DNA of 63,681 bases, the filler included, from an uncultured virus (IMG/VR IMGVR_UViG_2061766007_001711) (Duplodnaviria; Heunggongvirae; Uroviricota; Caudoviricetes). It is 5 parts of one record of this genome, joined end to end, with 100 filler letters (N's around TTAATTAATTAA, not from the genome) between each part and the next. Parts side by side here need not be neighbours in the genome. Positions count along the whole stretch, not along the records: positions 7,759 to 32,132 come from IMGVR_UViG_2061766007_001711; 4 more parts are not named here. The stretch is one strand, 5' to 3'. This document shows positions 20,217 to 29,335 of this stretch, piece after piece. The position numbers were made by a program, and so were the translations under genes. Within the stretch, counting starts at the first letter, position 1. Each line of letters starts with the position of its first letter. The notes below the pieces were generated by a model. That model did no database searches, had not been told where the DNA came from, and worked only from the letters and a program-made list of their open reading frames with translations.

Positions 20217-21410
20217 CTATACCGCCACTCCCGGTGCGTTTAGTTTGTTCGTAAGTGTATTGTTAATTGACTTACCGAGTTTTTCGATAAGGTCTGCCCG
20301 GAACTTCTCGGACTCGAGGCGGAGGCGCTCCGCTTCCTGGAGGGCCTTCACGACGGAATCGCGTGCCCTGGTGTCGGCATTGCGGCTCTCGATGAAGAGG
20401 CGCTCGGCTTCCGCCCTCTGCTCACCGTTCATCTTTGCGAGCTCGAGCTGGCGGTCCTTCTCGTTCTCCATGGCCTTCGCCTCTATTTCGACGAGCTTCG
20501 AGCGGAGTGCCGCCTCGTTGTTCATGCGGGTGATGACGAGCTGGTTCTGCCCGGCGATGATGTCCGCGTCGATGGTGCGGCGGTAGTCCTCCACCTGTTG
20601 CGCCTGCTGCTGGTTCTGCTGCGTGAGGAGCGCCACCTGCTGCTGTAGCGCAACGATGTCAACGCCGCCGTCAAGGCCGAGGGCCTGCTTGATTTCCGGC
20701 GGGAGGGTCGTGTAGATTGCCGCGGCGATTGCCTCTGCGTTCTCGAAGTCGCCTGTCTTGATGGCCTCGGCGAGGAGGATGGGCTTCACCGCTTCCGGGG
20801 CGAGACTCTGGAAGGCGAGAATCTGCTGGCGCCTCTGTTCGCGCTTGAGCGCGTCCTCGGGACCCTTGAGCAGCTTCACGGAGTAGGTGTTCTCCATGTT
20901 GTTGTAGATGCAGAGCATCTCGACGATGACCTCGGCCACGTGCTGGATGGAGCGCTGAAGGTGGCGATAGTAGTGCGAGACATTCGTCACGAGGGCGGAG
21001 GAGCGCGTGAGGATTTCGGCGGCGGTCTTCTGCACCTCCGTGGATGCGTTGAAGCCGAGGCCCTCTTCCGGGATTCCTATCATGCGCGAAATCTTGTTTA
21101 GCGAGTCGTTGATGACGGGGATGAGGTCCGCGGTCATGACGACCGGGTCGACGCGGTTCGGCTTCGGAAGTTCCACCCAGGATTCTCCCTTCTTCGTATA
21201 CGCCTTGTACCTCTTGTAGCGGGCCATGTCGTTCTCGTAGTCCTTGGTGAGGTTCTCGATGGACTCGGCAGACACCTCGGTGTAGGGTACGCTCGGGACG
21301 CTAACGCGCTCCCACAGCGACACGTAGCAGCCGTTCACGATCTTACAGAGGTGCTTTGTGTCGCGGACAAAACCCTTGTAGAACTTCTTGCGGTCATCCT
21401 TGAAGCGCTG
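20217..21410 (-). CDS. portal protein, C-terminal part
   Basis: GFVRDTKHL, KTAAEILTRSS, YSVKLLKGP...REQ and a long C-terminal barrel coiled coil as in P22-like portals. Confidence 0.8.
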   Translation of the reverse strand, partial: QRFKDDRKKFYKGFVRDTKHLCKIVNGCYVSLWERVSVPSVPYTEVSAESIENLTKDYENDMARYKRYKAYTKKGESWVELPKPNRVDPVVMTADLIPVINDSLNKISRMIGIPEEGLGFNASTEVQKTAAEILTRSSALVTNVSHYYRHLQRSIQHVAEVIVEMLCIYNNMENTYSVKLLKGPEDALKREQRRQQILAFQSLAPEAVKPILLAEAIKTGDFENAEAIAAAIYTTLPPEIKQALGLDGGVDIVALQQQVALLTQQNQQQAQQVEDYRRTIDADIIAGQNQLVITRMNNEAALRSKLVEIEAKAMENEKDRQLELAKMNGEQRAEAERLFIESRNADTRARDSVVKALQEAERLRLESEKFRADLIEKLGKSINNTLTNKLNAPGVAV

Positions 21411-21420
21411 NNNNNNNNNN

Positions 21421-21672
21421 GGACTCCTTGATACTGTCATTGCCGAACGGGTTGGAGTTTACGACACCGAAACCAGAAAAACGTTCCTGCGAGTAGAGGG
21501 AGCCCTGGTTGAATCCCTCCACGCCCTTGAGCATCTTGGTGGTGTAGGTGTCCGTCGCGGTGACGGTCTCCGGGTACATATTGAGCGACTCCTCCATCCC
21601 GAGAAACTCGGAATCGAGAAGGCGCGAGGAACCCCCGCAGAACGAGTTTATCTGCACGGTGCGGGCTGCCAC
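21421..21672 (-). CDS. gp10-like tail hub protein, N-terminal fragment (misplaced by scaffolding)
   Basis: VAARTVQINSFCGGSS...SLNMYPE; its end FGVVNSNPFGNDSI overlaps 17290-17340. Confidence 0.75.
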
Positions 21673-22349
21673 TAGAACACCCCCGGAAGGCGACCTACTC
21701 CGCCGTAGAACTTGTCGTCGATGCTCGGGACCGTGCTCGGCACGTCCAGCGCCTGGGTCTCGATGTCCTTGATGTACTGGAGCAGCGTGTCGCGCTCGGA
21801 CTTCTTCCCGGCCTTGAGCGAATCGTTGATGGAGAGGTTCTCGACCCACCTGTACTGAACGTCGGCGGTGAGTAGGTTTATGAACTCGGGCGGGAGCGTG
21901 AGTACGTCGTCATCGTTGAACGGCTCCATGTCGTAGGACACGACGGCCACGATCTCGTACATGGAGTTGCGGTCCAGGTAGAGCTTGCCGCGGAGTTCCG
22001 AGCCCTCGAAGAACTTCTCGTATGCGAAATTGTACGGGCAGGAGCCCACGCCCTCGTATGCCGGGAGGTTGTGGAACTGGACGGGCCTCAGCTTGACGTA
22101 GTTCTCGCCGCTGCGGTAGAAGACCGTGTTCACGTTAAGCGGGACCTTGTCGGAAAAGAGGAACTCCTTCCCGGTTCCAAGGTTTAGACGGGAGTGCGTG
22201 AAGTGGAGGAAACCCTGCACGTTGTATTCACGTACGCACTTGTTGATGAGACGGCGGCAGCGTGCGGCGTCCGCATCGGTCGCGGGCTGGCCTCCAACGA
22301 GCTGGCCTATTTCGTCAAGGATGTCCTGGATAAGTTCGCGTACGAGCAT
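21672..22349 (-). CDS. head-tail adaptor (P22 gp4-like)
   Basis: MLVRELIQDILDEIGQL..GQPATDAD N-terminus and LTLPPEF motif; directly upstream of the gp10-like start. Confidence 0.75.
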   Translation of the reverse strand: MLVRELIQDILDEIGQLVGGQPATDADAARCRRLINKCVREYNVQGFLHFTHSRLNLGTGKEFLFSDKVPLNVNTVFYRSGENYVKLRPVQFHNLPAYEGVGSCPYNFAYEKFFEGSELRGKLYLDRNSMYEIVAVVSYDMEPFNDDDVLTLPPEFINLLTADVQYRWVENLSINDSLKAGKKSERDTLLQYIKDIETQALDVPSTVPSIDDKFYGGVGRLPGVF

Positions 22350-22360
22350 AGAAAAACCTT

Positions 22361-22420
22361 TACAAAGAAAGCTAGAGCCCTTCCTTCTTCGAGGTGGTGA
22401 AGATGTCGGGGCTCTAGCTT
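22361..22420 (-). terminator. long-stem, large-loop terminator-like hairpin downstream of the capsid region (allele at 17569-17628)
   Basis: 12-bp AAGCTAGAGCCC/GGGCTCTAGCTT stem followed by a T-rich tail on the minus strand. Confidence 0.6.
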
Positions 22421-22441
22421 GTTTTCTTACANNNNNNNNNN

Positions 22442-23426
22442 CCCGTATATCGGGACGACCGGCAAGCACGAGAGCCCCTTGAACTGCACGCGCTTGATGA
22501 CCTTGTCGCCCACCACCTGGATGAACCACACGCCCTGCGCGTCCTTGCGGTAGAAGTGGACAAGGTTCACGGAGCCGATTGACGAGTTNNNNNNNNNNTC
22601 CGTAAATCGGGACAACCGGCAGGCACGAGAGCCCCTTGAACTGAACGCGCTTGATGACCTTGTCGCCCACCACCTGGATGAACCACACGCCGTTGGCGTC
22701 CTTGCGGTAGAAGTGGACAAGGTTCACGGAGCCGATTGACGAGTTGTAGTTCGCGAAGCTCCACGTCTTCGTCTGCTGGATTCTTTCCTTGCTCGGGATG
22801 GTGACGCCGTTGGCCTCGGCCATATCCTTCACGCGGTCGTACGGGAGCTGCTCGACGATGCCGAAGAACTCCGCGTCCCTTCCGTCCAGCTTGCGGGAGC
22901 ACGGGTCGAAGATGCAGGCGCTCGGCTCGTAGGCCAAGTTAATCTCGATGCGGCCATCCTCGGTCGTAAGGTACATGAAGGAGCCGCCCTCCTCGAGGAT
23001 GTCCTGGAGCCCTTCCGAGAACACGGAAACGTCTGCGTCGCTGTTCGTGAATGTTTCCTGGAGCTGCTGGTCGAGGAAGTCGCGGAACTTGTCGCCGTTC
23101 CTCGCCTCCACCTGCGCCTTGAATGGGTTCGTGAGGAAAAGGTTCTTTGTCGCGTTGACGTAGAGAGGGAGCGGGTTCACCGTTGCCGTGGCGCGGTTCG
23201 CCGTCATGGCCTTTATGTCCACCTCGTTGAAGGCTACCACGTCGGCATATACGCGGGCGTCGTCGCGCTTGCGGTCGTTCTCCACGTTGAAGTAGTCGTT
23301 CGACTTCTCGGCCATCTCGACGATGTCCTCGATGATCTTGCGTTCCTCTTCCGGCGAGGGGAGCGCAGCCTGCGGGTTTATGTCCTGCGGTACGATGTCT
23401 ACCGCTTCTTCGTTTTCGTTAGCCAT
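22442..23426 (-). CDS. portal protein, N-terminal part
   Basis: RATATVNPLPLYVN, IFDPCSRKLDGRDAEF, LPVVPIYG are P22-like portal motifs; coupled to the TerL stop. Confidence 0.85.
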
Positions 23427-24858
23427 TAGTAGCTCCTTGTGGGTGCGGGAATGAATTCTTCCTCGGTTTCTTCTGTTAACGGTTGCGGGTCTCCACGGTA
23501 GCAGGCGAGACACATGGCGTCGGCCTGGTCCGGGGACTTCCCGATGATGCTCTTGATGTACTTCTTCGGGGTTAGCTGTATCTGCCCGGAGTTGTTCATG
23601 AAGTACGTCTGCGGTACGAGCTCGTCTTCCACGTCGGTGTCCCCGATGTAGAAGCCGTTCTCGATAATCATGCGGCGGGCGTTGAAGTAGATGTACGCCC
23701 TCATGTTCGCGAACTTGGGGTCCGGCGACGGAGCGCCGAAGTTTACCTTGTTGACCGGCACCTTGATTTTCTCCTGTTCCATGAGTACGATGAAGCCCGC
23801 GTCGAAGCCGCCCGTATGGTCGAGCGATAGGGACTCGAAGTCCCACTTCTGGTGCATCCGCTTGAACTCCTCGAAGCACTTCCGACCATTGTCCTTCCCG
23901 ATGACCTTCTTCTCTGCTATGCCGCAGTCGTCCACCGCGAAGATGCAGGTCGTGTCGTTTCCCTCGTAGGCGAAGTCGATGCCGCAGCGCTTTCGGCCCC
24001 CGGAGACGCGGCGCACCGTGGCGAACGACGATGGCGGGAAAACGAGGTTCATTTCCTCGGCGTCAAGGTCGCCGAATAGTTCCTGGCGCAAGAAGGCCGG
24101 AGTGTCGAGGAGTGACTCGTAGACGGTGCGCTTGTACTGCGCCGTCGTGAACGGGTTGTCGAACGTTGACGCGGTGAGTATGAGATGGTCGACGACTGGC
24201 GGCGCCTTCGCCNNNNNNNNNNGAGCTCCTGACGCAGGAATGCCGGAGTGTCGAGGAGGGACTCGTAGACGGTGCGCTTGTACTGCGCCGTGGTGAACGG
24301 GTTGTCGAACGTTGACGCGGTGAGGATGAGATGGTCGACGACGGGCGGCGCCTTCGCCATCTTGTTGAAGTACGAACCGGCGAGGCCAGTGGAGGTGTAG
24401 CACTGGGTCGTGGAGAGGCCCTTGTTGGAGCGGCAGGCGAGCAGGCCGTTCTTGATGGCCTTCTTCGGGACGTACGCCGCCTCGTCGCAGTAGAAGTCCT
24501 CGAGGTTGGTATAGCCGCGCGGACTGTCCGGGCGCGTCCCGGATAGGAACACGATTTTCCCATAGCGCGTCTCGATCGTGTGCTCGGTTAGGTTGGCCTT
24601 GTACTTGACGTGGAAGTGGTCGAACCACTCCTGCGTGGCGGGCATGATGGTCTCGCGGATTAGGCCGAAGGTCGGGGCGATAAGCATGGCCGAGCGCCCG
24701 AAGTTAACATTCCTGTACGCCAGGCGGCACGTCACGCCGGAAGTCTTCCCGGAAGCTCTCCCGCAGCACGCGAGCGTGAACTCGTTGTCCGCGAATATCA
24801 GCTTCTGCTGAAATGGCGAAATCTTGAGCCTGTCTCCGTCACTTGCTCCCCATTGCAT
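23426..24858 (-). CDS. terL: terminase large subunit
   Basis: Walker A GRASGKTS, Walker B FYCDEAAY, STFDNPF, nuclease GIDFAYEGND and SPDQADA; one allele join at 24213-24222. Confidence 0.93.
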
Positions 24859-25567
24859 CGAGGACCTCCTGCGGGATGGCTTCGGGAACCTGCACCTCGA
24901 AGACCACCTTGCCGGACGTCGGTGCGTCGGGTTCCTCTATGTCGGTCTTGAAGAAGTGCTCCAGGAACCAGATGGTGTGGGAGCGCGTCTGCGCGTTGAG
25001 GAAGTAGGCATCGTTCTCGATGTACTTCTTGAGGTCTTTCTTAGTTTGTACGAAAATCTTTTCTAGGTCATCGATGACGGACTTGAACTCCTCGCGGTCC
25101 GCTTCTTCCTTGTACTGTTCCGCGTACTTGAGCGGCGAGAAGTAGTGCGAGATGTACGGCAGCTCCTCGACAAGCGAGAAGAGCGAGAAGATGAACGCCT
25201 GGACGGTGAAGTCGGAGATGGCGGCGTGTGTGATCATGAGGCACTCGTACTCGTGCTGGTCTACGCATTCGGAGCGGTGCTTGAAGGTGATGACGAACTT
25301 CTCGTTCATCCACTTGATACCCTCGCGCAGCTTCTCGACCATCGGGCGCCTGTCTTCGCGCATCTTGCGACCGAGGAATCCCTGCTTCTCGCGGAAGGTT
25401 TTCGTCTCGGGGATGAAAGTGCGTGCGAGTCTCGAGTTCCCGTTCGCTGGAGCCTGCCTGTGTGCTCCCGTTCGCTTGTACGGATGCGATGAGGTAGGGA
25501 TGCGGGGCTTCGGTTCCTTCTTTGGTTTGGCCTCCGCCTTTTCGGTCTTCCTGGACTTCGTAGCCAT
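24839..25567 (-). CDS. putative terminase small subunit
   Basis: Directly upstream of and overlapping terL; basic N-terminus. Positional call only. Confidence 0.5.
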   Translation of the reverse strand: MATKSRKTEKAEAKPKKEPKPRIPTSSHPYKRTGAHRQAPANGNSRLARTFIPETKTFREKQGFLGRKMREDRRPMVEKLREGIKWMNEKFVITFKHRSECVDQHEYECLMITHAAISDFTVQAFIFSLFSLVEELPYISHYFSPLKYAEQYKEEADREEFKSVIDDLEKIFVQTKKDLKKYIENDAYFLNAQTRSHTIWFLEHFFKTDIEEPDAPTSGKVVFEVQVPEAIPQEVLDAMGSK

Positions 25568-25576
25568 GGCGACCTC

Positions 25577-25801
25577 CTAGCGGAACGTGAACGGGTTCTC
25601 CGCGTTTCTCGTGACGGGCTTCGGCTTGAGTTCTGCGAGACCCTTCTCTACACTCGCGAGCCTGTCGGAGATGTCGCTGGACGCGACGGGACCCGAGGAA
25701 GCGACAGCGGCCTTCAGGTCTTCCACTTCCTTCGCGAGTTTGAGTGTGAGGTCCTCCTGGACCTTCAAACGGTTGTCGAGTTCTTTCAAAGTCAAAGCCA
25801 T
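25577..25801 (-). CDS. small coiled-coil protein
   Basis: GGAGAGGTG RBS; first gene of the late operon. Confidence 0.7.
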   Translation of the reverse strand: MALTLKELDNRLKVQEDLTLKLAKEVEDLKAAVASSGPVASSDISDRLASVEKGLAELKPKPVTRNAENPFTFR

Positions 25802-25819
25802 AATCGCACCTCTCCGTTT

Positions 25820-25870
25820 AAAGTAGAAACTTTCAAGGATGAAAGCAAACGGTGAAACACGGGAAAAGGG
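25820..25870 (-). promoter_or_regulatory. sigma70-like promoter of the late operon
   Basis: Minus strand TTGCTT-17 nt-TACTTT with upstream CCTTTTCCCGT, shared with 20174-20213. Confidence 0.55.
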
Positions 25871-25954
25871 CCATTAGACCTACACGTTAGGTTGTATGCG
25901 TGTATTGTTAGTTTATATGGTTTTTGAAAACCACGGACCGTGTGAAAGCACCCC

Positions 25955-26235
25955 TCGTCTCGCGCGCACGCGCCGAGTAAAGAGGGTGTTATGGACATAG
26001 GTCTGGAAATAGTAAAACCTGTACAATGGTACTAAACCTGTTCTAGATTCTAGCATCTTACTCTTCTAGCTTCTAGAGTCTGTTTTGTTTAGGTTTGTAT
26101 TTAGCTTTTGTTTTGCTTTTGTTTAGGTTAGCCTGTAGGTTTTATTTAGCTTTAATTTTGGTTTTGGTTTTTCAAAGCCAAACAAAACCCGTAGGTTTTA
26201 ATTAGGTTTTATTTTGGTTTGTCTGTTTTTAGAAA
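25955..26235. repeat. putative replication origin: strand-skewed iteron-like repeats
   Basis: Repeated TAGGTTT/TAGCTTT/TTTTG motifs, a TTCTAG repeat cluster at 26041-26077 and an adjacent AT-rich tract; non-coding. Confidence 0.55.
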
Positions 26236-26264
26236 CTTTTTATAAAAATTTTTACTTTTTCCTA

Positions 26265-26292
26265 TTGCTTTTTTAAAAATATTTTTTATATT
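26265..26292 (+). promoter_or_regulatory. early promoter, module A
   Basis: TTGCTT-16 nt-TATATT upstream of an AAGGAG RBS. Confidence 0.55.
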
Positions 26293-26324
26293 TTCTTTGA
26301 AAAGAACCTTATCAAGGAGTAAAG

Positions 26325-26498
26325 ATGGCCCAAGACTTCATCGTTAAACCCGTGCCCAGGCAGAAGGCCGAGCTTATCCCCGACCTGCAGAAGGCGTACT
26401 CGGAACAGCTCGGCGTCACCGTATCGCAGGCCGACGCCATCGGGCTCGCGCTCGCCAACGAACACAAGAGGCTGGCCGATGACACCAAAGTGGGTTAA
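26325..26498 (+). CDS. small putative ribbon-helix-helix regulator, module A
   Basis: MAQDFIVKPV...VSQADAIGLAL; RBS AAGGAG; positional equivalent of 27482-27646. Read by hand. Confidence 0.5.
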   Translation: MAQDFIVKPVPRQKAELIPDLQKAYSEQLGVTVSQADAIGLALANEHKRLADDTKVG

Positions 26499-26913
26499 GA
26501 TATGGATAGCAGACCTCGCCATGCTTAACGACCGATTCCGCGACGAGAACGGGACCATAGACTTCGCAGCGCTAGGGCGCGAGGAGTACCTGTTCCGCAT
26601 GGCCCTCGTGACCGGCGACCTCAAGAAGTCGCAGAGGGCTAGGGACGCCTTCGACAAGGCGAGGAAGGCCTGCGAGGTGTCGCAGGAGAACGGATCGAGG
26701 GGAGGAAGGCCTTCGGGACCGATGCCCTCCGACAAGCAGCTCGTCTACGATTTCGCCGAGGCCGAGGGGCTCGACACGGCGGACGCCTACGAGTGCTGGG
26801 AGGCGACAATGGAACGCGGCGGAAAGACCGCTGACGGAAAGAAGGTCACGAGCTGGAAGGCCTACGTCAGGACGTGGTGCTCCACCAGGAAGGAAAACCG
26901 GAGGTCCGCATGA
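26479..26913 (+). CDS. replication initiator / replisome organiser, module A
   Basis: ENGSRGGRP motif and C-terminal KKVTSWKAYVRTW domain typical of phage initiators. Confidence 0.7.
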   Translation: MTPKWVKIWIADLAMLNDRFRDENGTIDFAALGREEYLFRMALVTGDLKKSQRARDAFDKARKACEVSQENGSRGGRPSGPMPSDKQLVYDFAEAEGLDTADAYECWEATMERGGKTADGKKVTSWKAYVRTWCSTRKENRRSA

Positions 26914-27323
26914 GCTACAGACTACTTACTCCGAACGAGAAGGCCATCAACAGGGACAGGGCCATGCAGCACCTGTGCTGGCTTCTCGGGCCTTCGATGT
27001 ACATGCAGTTCTGCCACGTACACGTCCACGACAAGGTGGACGGGCGCTACACGTGGAAGTTCCCGCAGGAGCGGGACCAGTTCTTCTCCACGTTTACGCC
27101 TGTGATGGAACACTTCGCGCAACGCTACTACACCGAAGGGAAGAATCCCGACAACCTGGACCATCCCGTCCGCATCGCGCTCGAATGGCACAACGGTAGA
27201 CGGATAAAGGACGCATTCCTCAAGGCCTGGCCGGAAAAGGCGAAGATGCTGCCCATGGTGAAGGCACGCTGCGACAAGCTTGGTATCACACTCAACGTAC
27301 CGGAGAGCGAATGGACAATATGA
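26910..27323 (+). CDS. hypothetical protein (helicase-loader position), module A
   Basis: ATGA coupling to the initiator; GGAGG RBS. Confidence 0.6.
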   Translation: MSYRLLTPNEKAINRDRAMQHLCWLLGPSMYMQFCHVHVHDKVDGRYTWKFPQERDQFFSTFTPVMEHFAQRYYTEGKNPDNLDHPVRIALEWHNGRRIKDAFLKAWPEKAKMLPMVKARCDKLGITLNVPESEWTI

Positions 27324-27416
27324 CATACGAGATCAAGAGCACGCGCTCGAACACCATCTTCACGGTGACGGGCGACAAGTCNNNNNNNNNNTTTACACGA
27401 AAAGTTCTTTTTACTA

Positions 27417-27450
27417 TTGCTTTTTGTGGTAAAAAGTATTAAATTATAGT
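27417..27450 (+). promoter_or_regulatory. early promoter, module B
   Basis: TTGCTT-17 nt-TAAATT, preceded by TTTACACG...CTA as at 29262-29292. Confidence 0.5.
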
Positions 27451-27481
27451 GCAGGTTAAACCTTAACGAAGGAGCGCCAAG

Positions 27482-27646
27482 ATGGCCGATTCACTTTCCA
27501 TCAGGCTCCAGCCGCAGTGCGTAGAGACTATCGAGAAGATAGCGAAGAAGCGCCTCGGCGAGGGCATCAAGGACAGCAAGTCGAGGATCATTGCGGAGGC
27601 CGTCGCCGGTCTCGCGAAGGAAGAGCTCGCCGATGCAAGAGACTGA
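27482..27646 (+). CDS. ribbon-helix-helix regulator, module B
   Basis: MADSLSIRL (beta strand)...SKSRIIAEAV (helix B); AAGGAG RBS. Read by hand. Confidence 0.65.
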   Translation: MADSLSIRLQPQCVETIEKIAKKRLGEGIKDSKSRIIAEAVAGLAKEELADARD

Positions 27647-28319
27647 AATCACAAAGGTGCAGCTCGTCGTCCGCGAGTTCCTGTTCGAGACCCGTGGCCT
27701 CGACAAGGACCCGCAGAAGGCGGCGGAGTGGCTCTCGTCGTTCCGCGACACCCTGCTCTACCACGAACTTGCGGAGGAGCCGAACGGCTACGCCCTGGAA
27801 CTCATAGAGGAGGCCCGTGGGTTCAGCGACCAGCAGCGCAAGAACGCGCAGCTCAAGCAGGCCCGCCGTGCGCTCGCCGAGGAAGGCAACAAGAAGCCGA
27901 CCAGGGACGAGGTGGAGGCGGCGTGGCGCAGGATGTACGAGGGAAAGGTACCGGAGCCGCAGGAGGAGCAGAAGGCAGAGCCGAGGAAGCCCGCACCCGT
28001 ACCAGCCGCCGGCAAGGAGGCGTTCGGAACGTTCGGCAACGTGATGCTCACGCACGAGGAGGCGTCGAAGTGGTTCTCGTCGTGCGCCGAGGCTTCCGAC
28101 CTGGTCGAGGAGCTGTCCAGCTATCTCGCGAGCTCGGGCAAGCGCTACAAGAGCCACTACGCCACCCTGCTCAACTGGCAGAGGAGGAAGTCGCGCGAGA
28201 ACGACACGTCCAGGCAGAGGTTCAAGACTTCGGAGGACATCTCGCGCGAGAACTACGACAAGTCGCTGAAGCTCCTGGAACAGATGGAGAACGGGAGGAA
28301 GGATGGAACCAATCATTAG
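27633..28319 (+). CDS. replication initiator / replisome organiser, module B
   Basis: C-terminal FGTFGNVMLT...LSSYLASSGKRYKSHYATLLNW domain typical of phage replisome organisers. Confidence 0.75.
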   Translation: MQETEITKVQLVVREFLFETRGLDKDPQKAAEWLSSFRDTLLYHELAEEPNGYALELIEEARGFSDQQRKNAQLKQARRALAEEGNKKPTRDEVEAAWRRMYEGKVPEPQEEQKAEPRKPAPVPAAGKEAFGTFGNVMLTHEEASKWFSSCAEASDLVEELSSYLASSGKRYKSHYATLLNWQRRKSRENDTSRQRFKTSEDISRENYDKSLKLLEQMENGRKDGTNH

Positions 28320-28806
28320 AGCAATACACGACGAGCTTGTCCTCTCGTACACCCAGGCCGGACGCGTCGTCCCGTCCACGGTGGCGATAGTGGCGCAGGC
28401 TCTCCGCGACGCCCTGGGCTTCGAGGACGAGCGCGAGGTCCACGTCGTCTTCTCCAAGGCGAGGGACATGGCGGACGTCCCGACGCAGAGGGTCCTCAAG
28501 GAAGCCCTCCTCAACTACCGCCAGGAGCATAAGGCGTACCTCCCGCACGCGCCCGAGACGCAGCGCATCGGGAGTGACGGTTCGAGGATGGCATCTAACG
28601 AGGAGGCGCGGTTCTTCATGGCGGCGCAGACCATGGAGGGGTTATACGTCCACATGGACCTGGACGAGGCGAAGCGCATAGTGGACGAGTTCAAGGCTGA
28701 CCCGAAAAACTCGGACGTCGTGGAGTACGAGCGCCGCTGGATCATCGAGTACAAGAAGAAGCACGCCAAGGAAATCGAACTTTACAGGAGCAGAGGATGG
28801 CTCTAA
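28303..28806 (+). CDS. hypothetical protein (helicase-loader position), module B
   Basis: Overlaps the initiator end; GC3-rich codons. Confidence 0.6.
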   Translation: MEPIIRAIHDELVLSYTQAGRVVPSTVAIVAQALRDALGFEDEREVHVVFSKARDMADVPTQRVLKEALLNYRQEHKAYLPHAPETQRIGSDGSRMASNEEARFFMAAQTMEGLYVHMDLDEAKRIVDEFKADPKNSDVVEYERRWIIEYKKKHAKEIELYRSRGWL

Positions 28807-29000
28807 ACTACGAAATCAAGAGCACGCGCTCGAACACCATCTTCACGGTGACGGGCGACAAGTCCAGGGCGTACCTCACGGTTTCAGGCGAGGCGTCCAC
28901 GAACCGGAAGGTGCTCGCCGAGGTAGACCGCATCAGGCGCGGCGGGTCGGACTTCGCCACGGCGAAATGGACCGCCAACCAGCTCGCGCGGACATACTGA
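28797..29000 (+). CDS. hypothetical protein common to both replication modules
   Basis: YEIKSTRSNTIFTVTGDKS also begins at 27320-27381. Confidence 0.65.
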   Translation: MALNYEIKSTRSNTIFTVTGDKSRAYLTVSGEASTNRKVLAEVDRIRRGGSDFATAKWTANQLARTY

Positions 29001-29033
29001 CAAAATGCACAACTAATCAACAGGAGAAAGAAA

Positions 29034-29255
29034 ATGAACATGGAAGACTTGAAAATTCTCGAGGCCGAACACGACAGGGCGGTCCGCGAGGTGCAGAACG
29101 TGGCCGTGAACATCGCCGAGAAGGTGGTGGCCGGCGAAGAAGTCCCCGAGGCCATGCGCCTCGTATACAGGGCCGCGAAGGGCCGCGTGCTCCGCGTCAA
29201 GGCGGACCTGGCGAGGGCCCTCGAGAACGAGTTCGAGACGGTCCTGCGCGGATAA
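29034..29255 (+). CDS. hypothetical protein
   Basis: AGGAG RBS; codon bias. Confidence 0.65.
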   Translation: MNMEDLKILEAEHDRAVREVQNVAVNIAEKVVAGEEVPEAMRLVYRAAKGRVLRVKADLARALENEFETVLRG

Positions 29256-29286
29256 AAAATTTTTACACGCTTTTTTTTAAAAACTA

Positions 29287-29315
29287 TTGACAATACACTT
29301 ACGCTAATATATATT
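29287..29315 (+). promoter_or_regulatory. near-consensus sigma70 promoter of the recombination operon
   Basis: TTGACA-17 nt-TATATT with an AT-rich upstream element. Confidence 0.8.
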
Positions 29316-29335
29316 ATTTACAACAAGGGGACAAA

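Noticed and set aside
21411..22441. Insertion or intron-like interruption of the portal gene by adaptor and tail hub genes
   Set aside because: Bounded by 10-N joins, and both ends overlap sequence flanking the 17341-17556 gap; a misplaced contig.
8773..25580. Long plus-strand ORFs opposite the structural genes
   Set aside because: Antisense shadows of GC3-rich coding sequence, without RBS or recognisable motifs.
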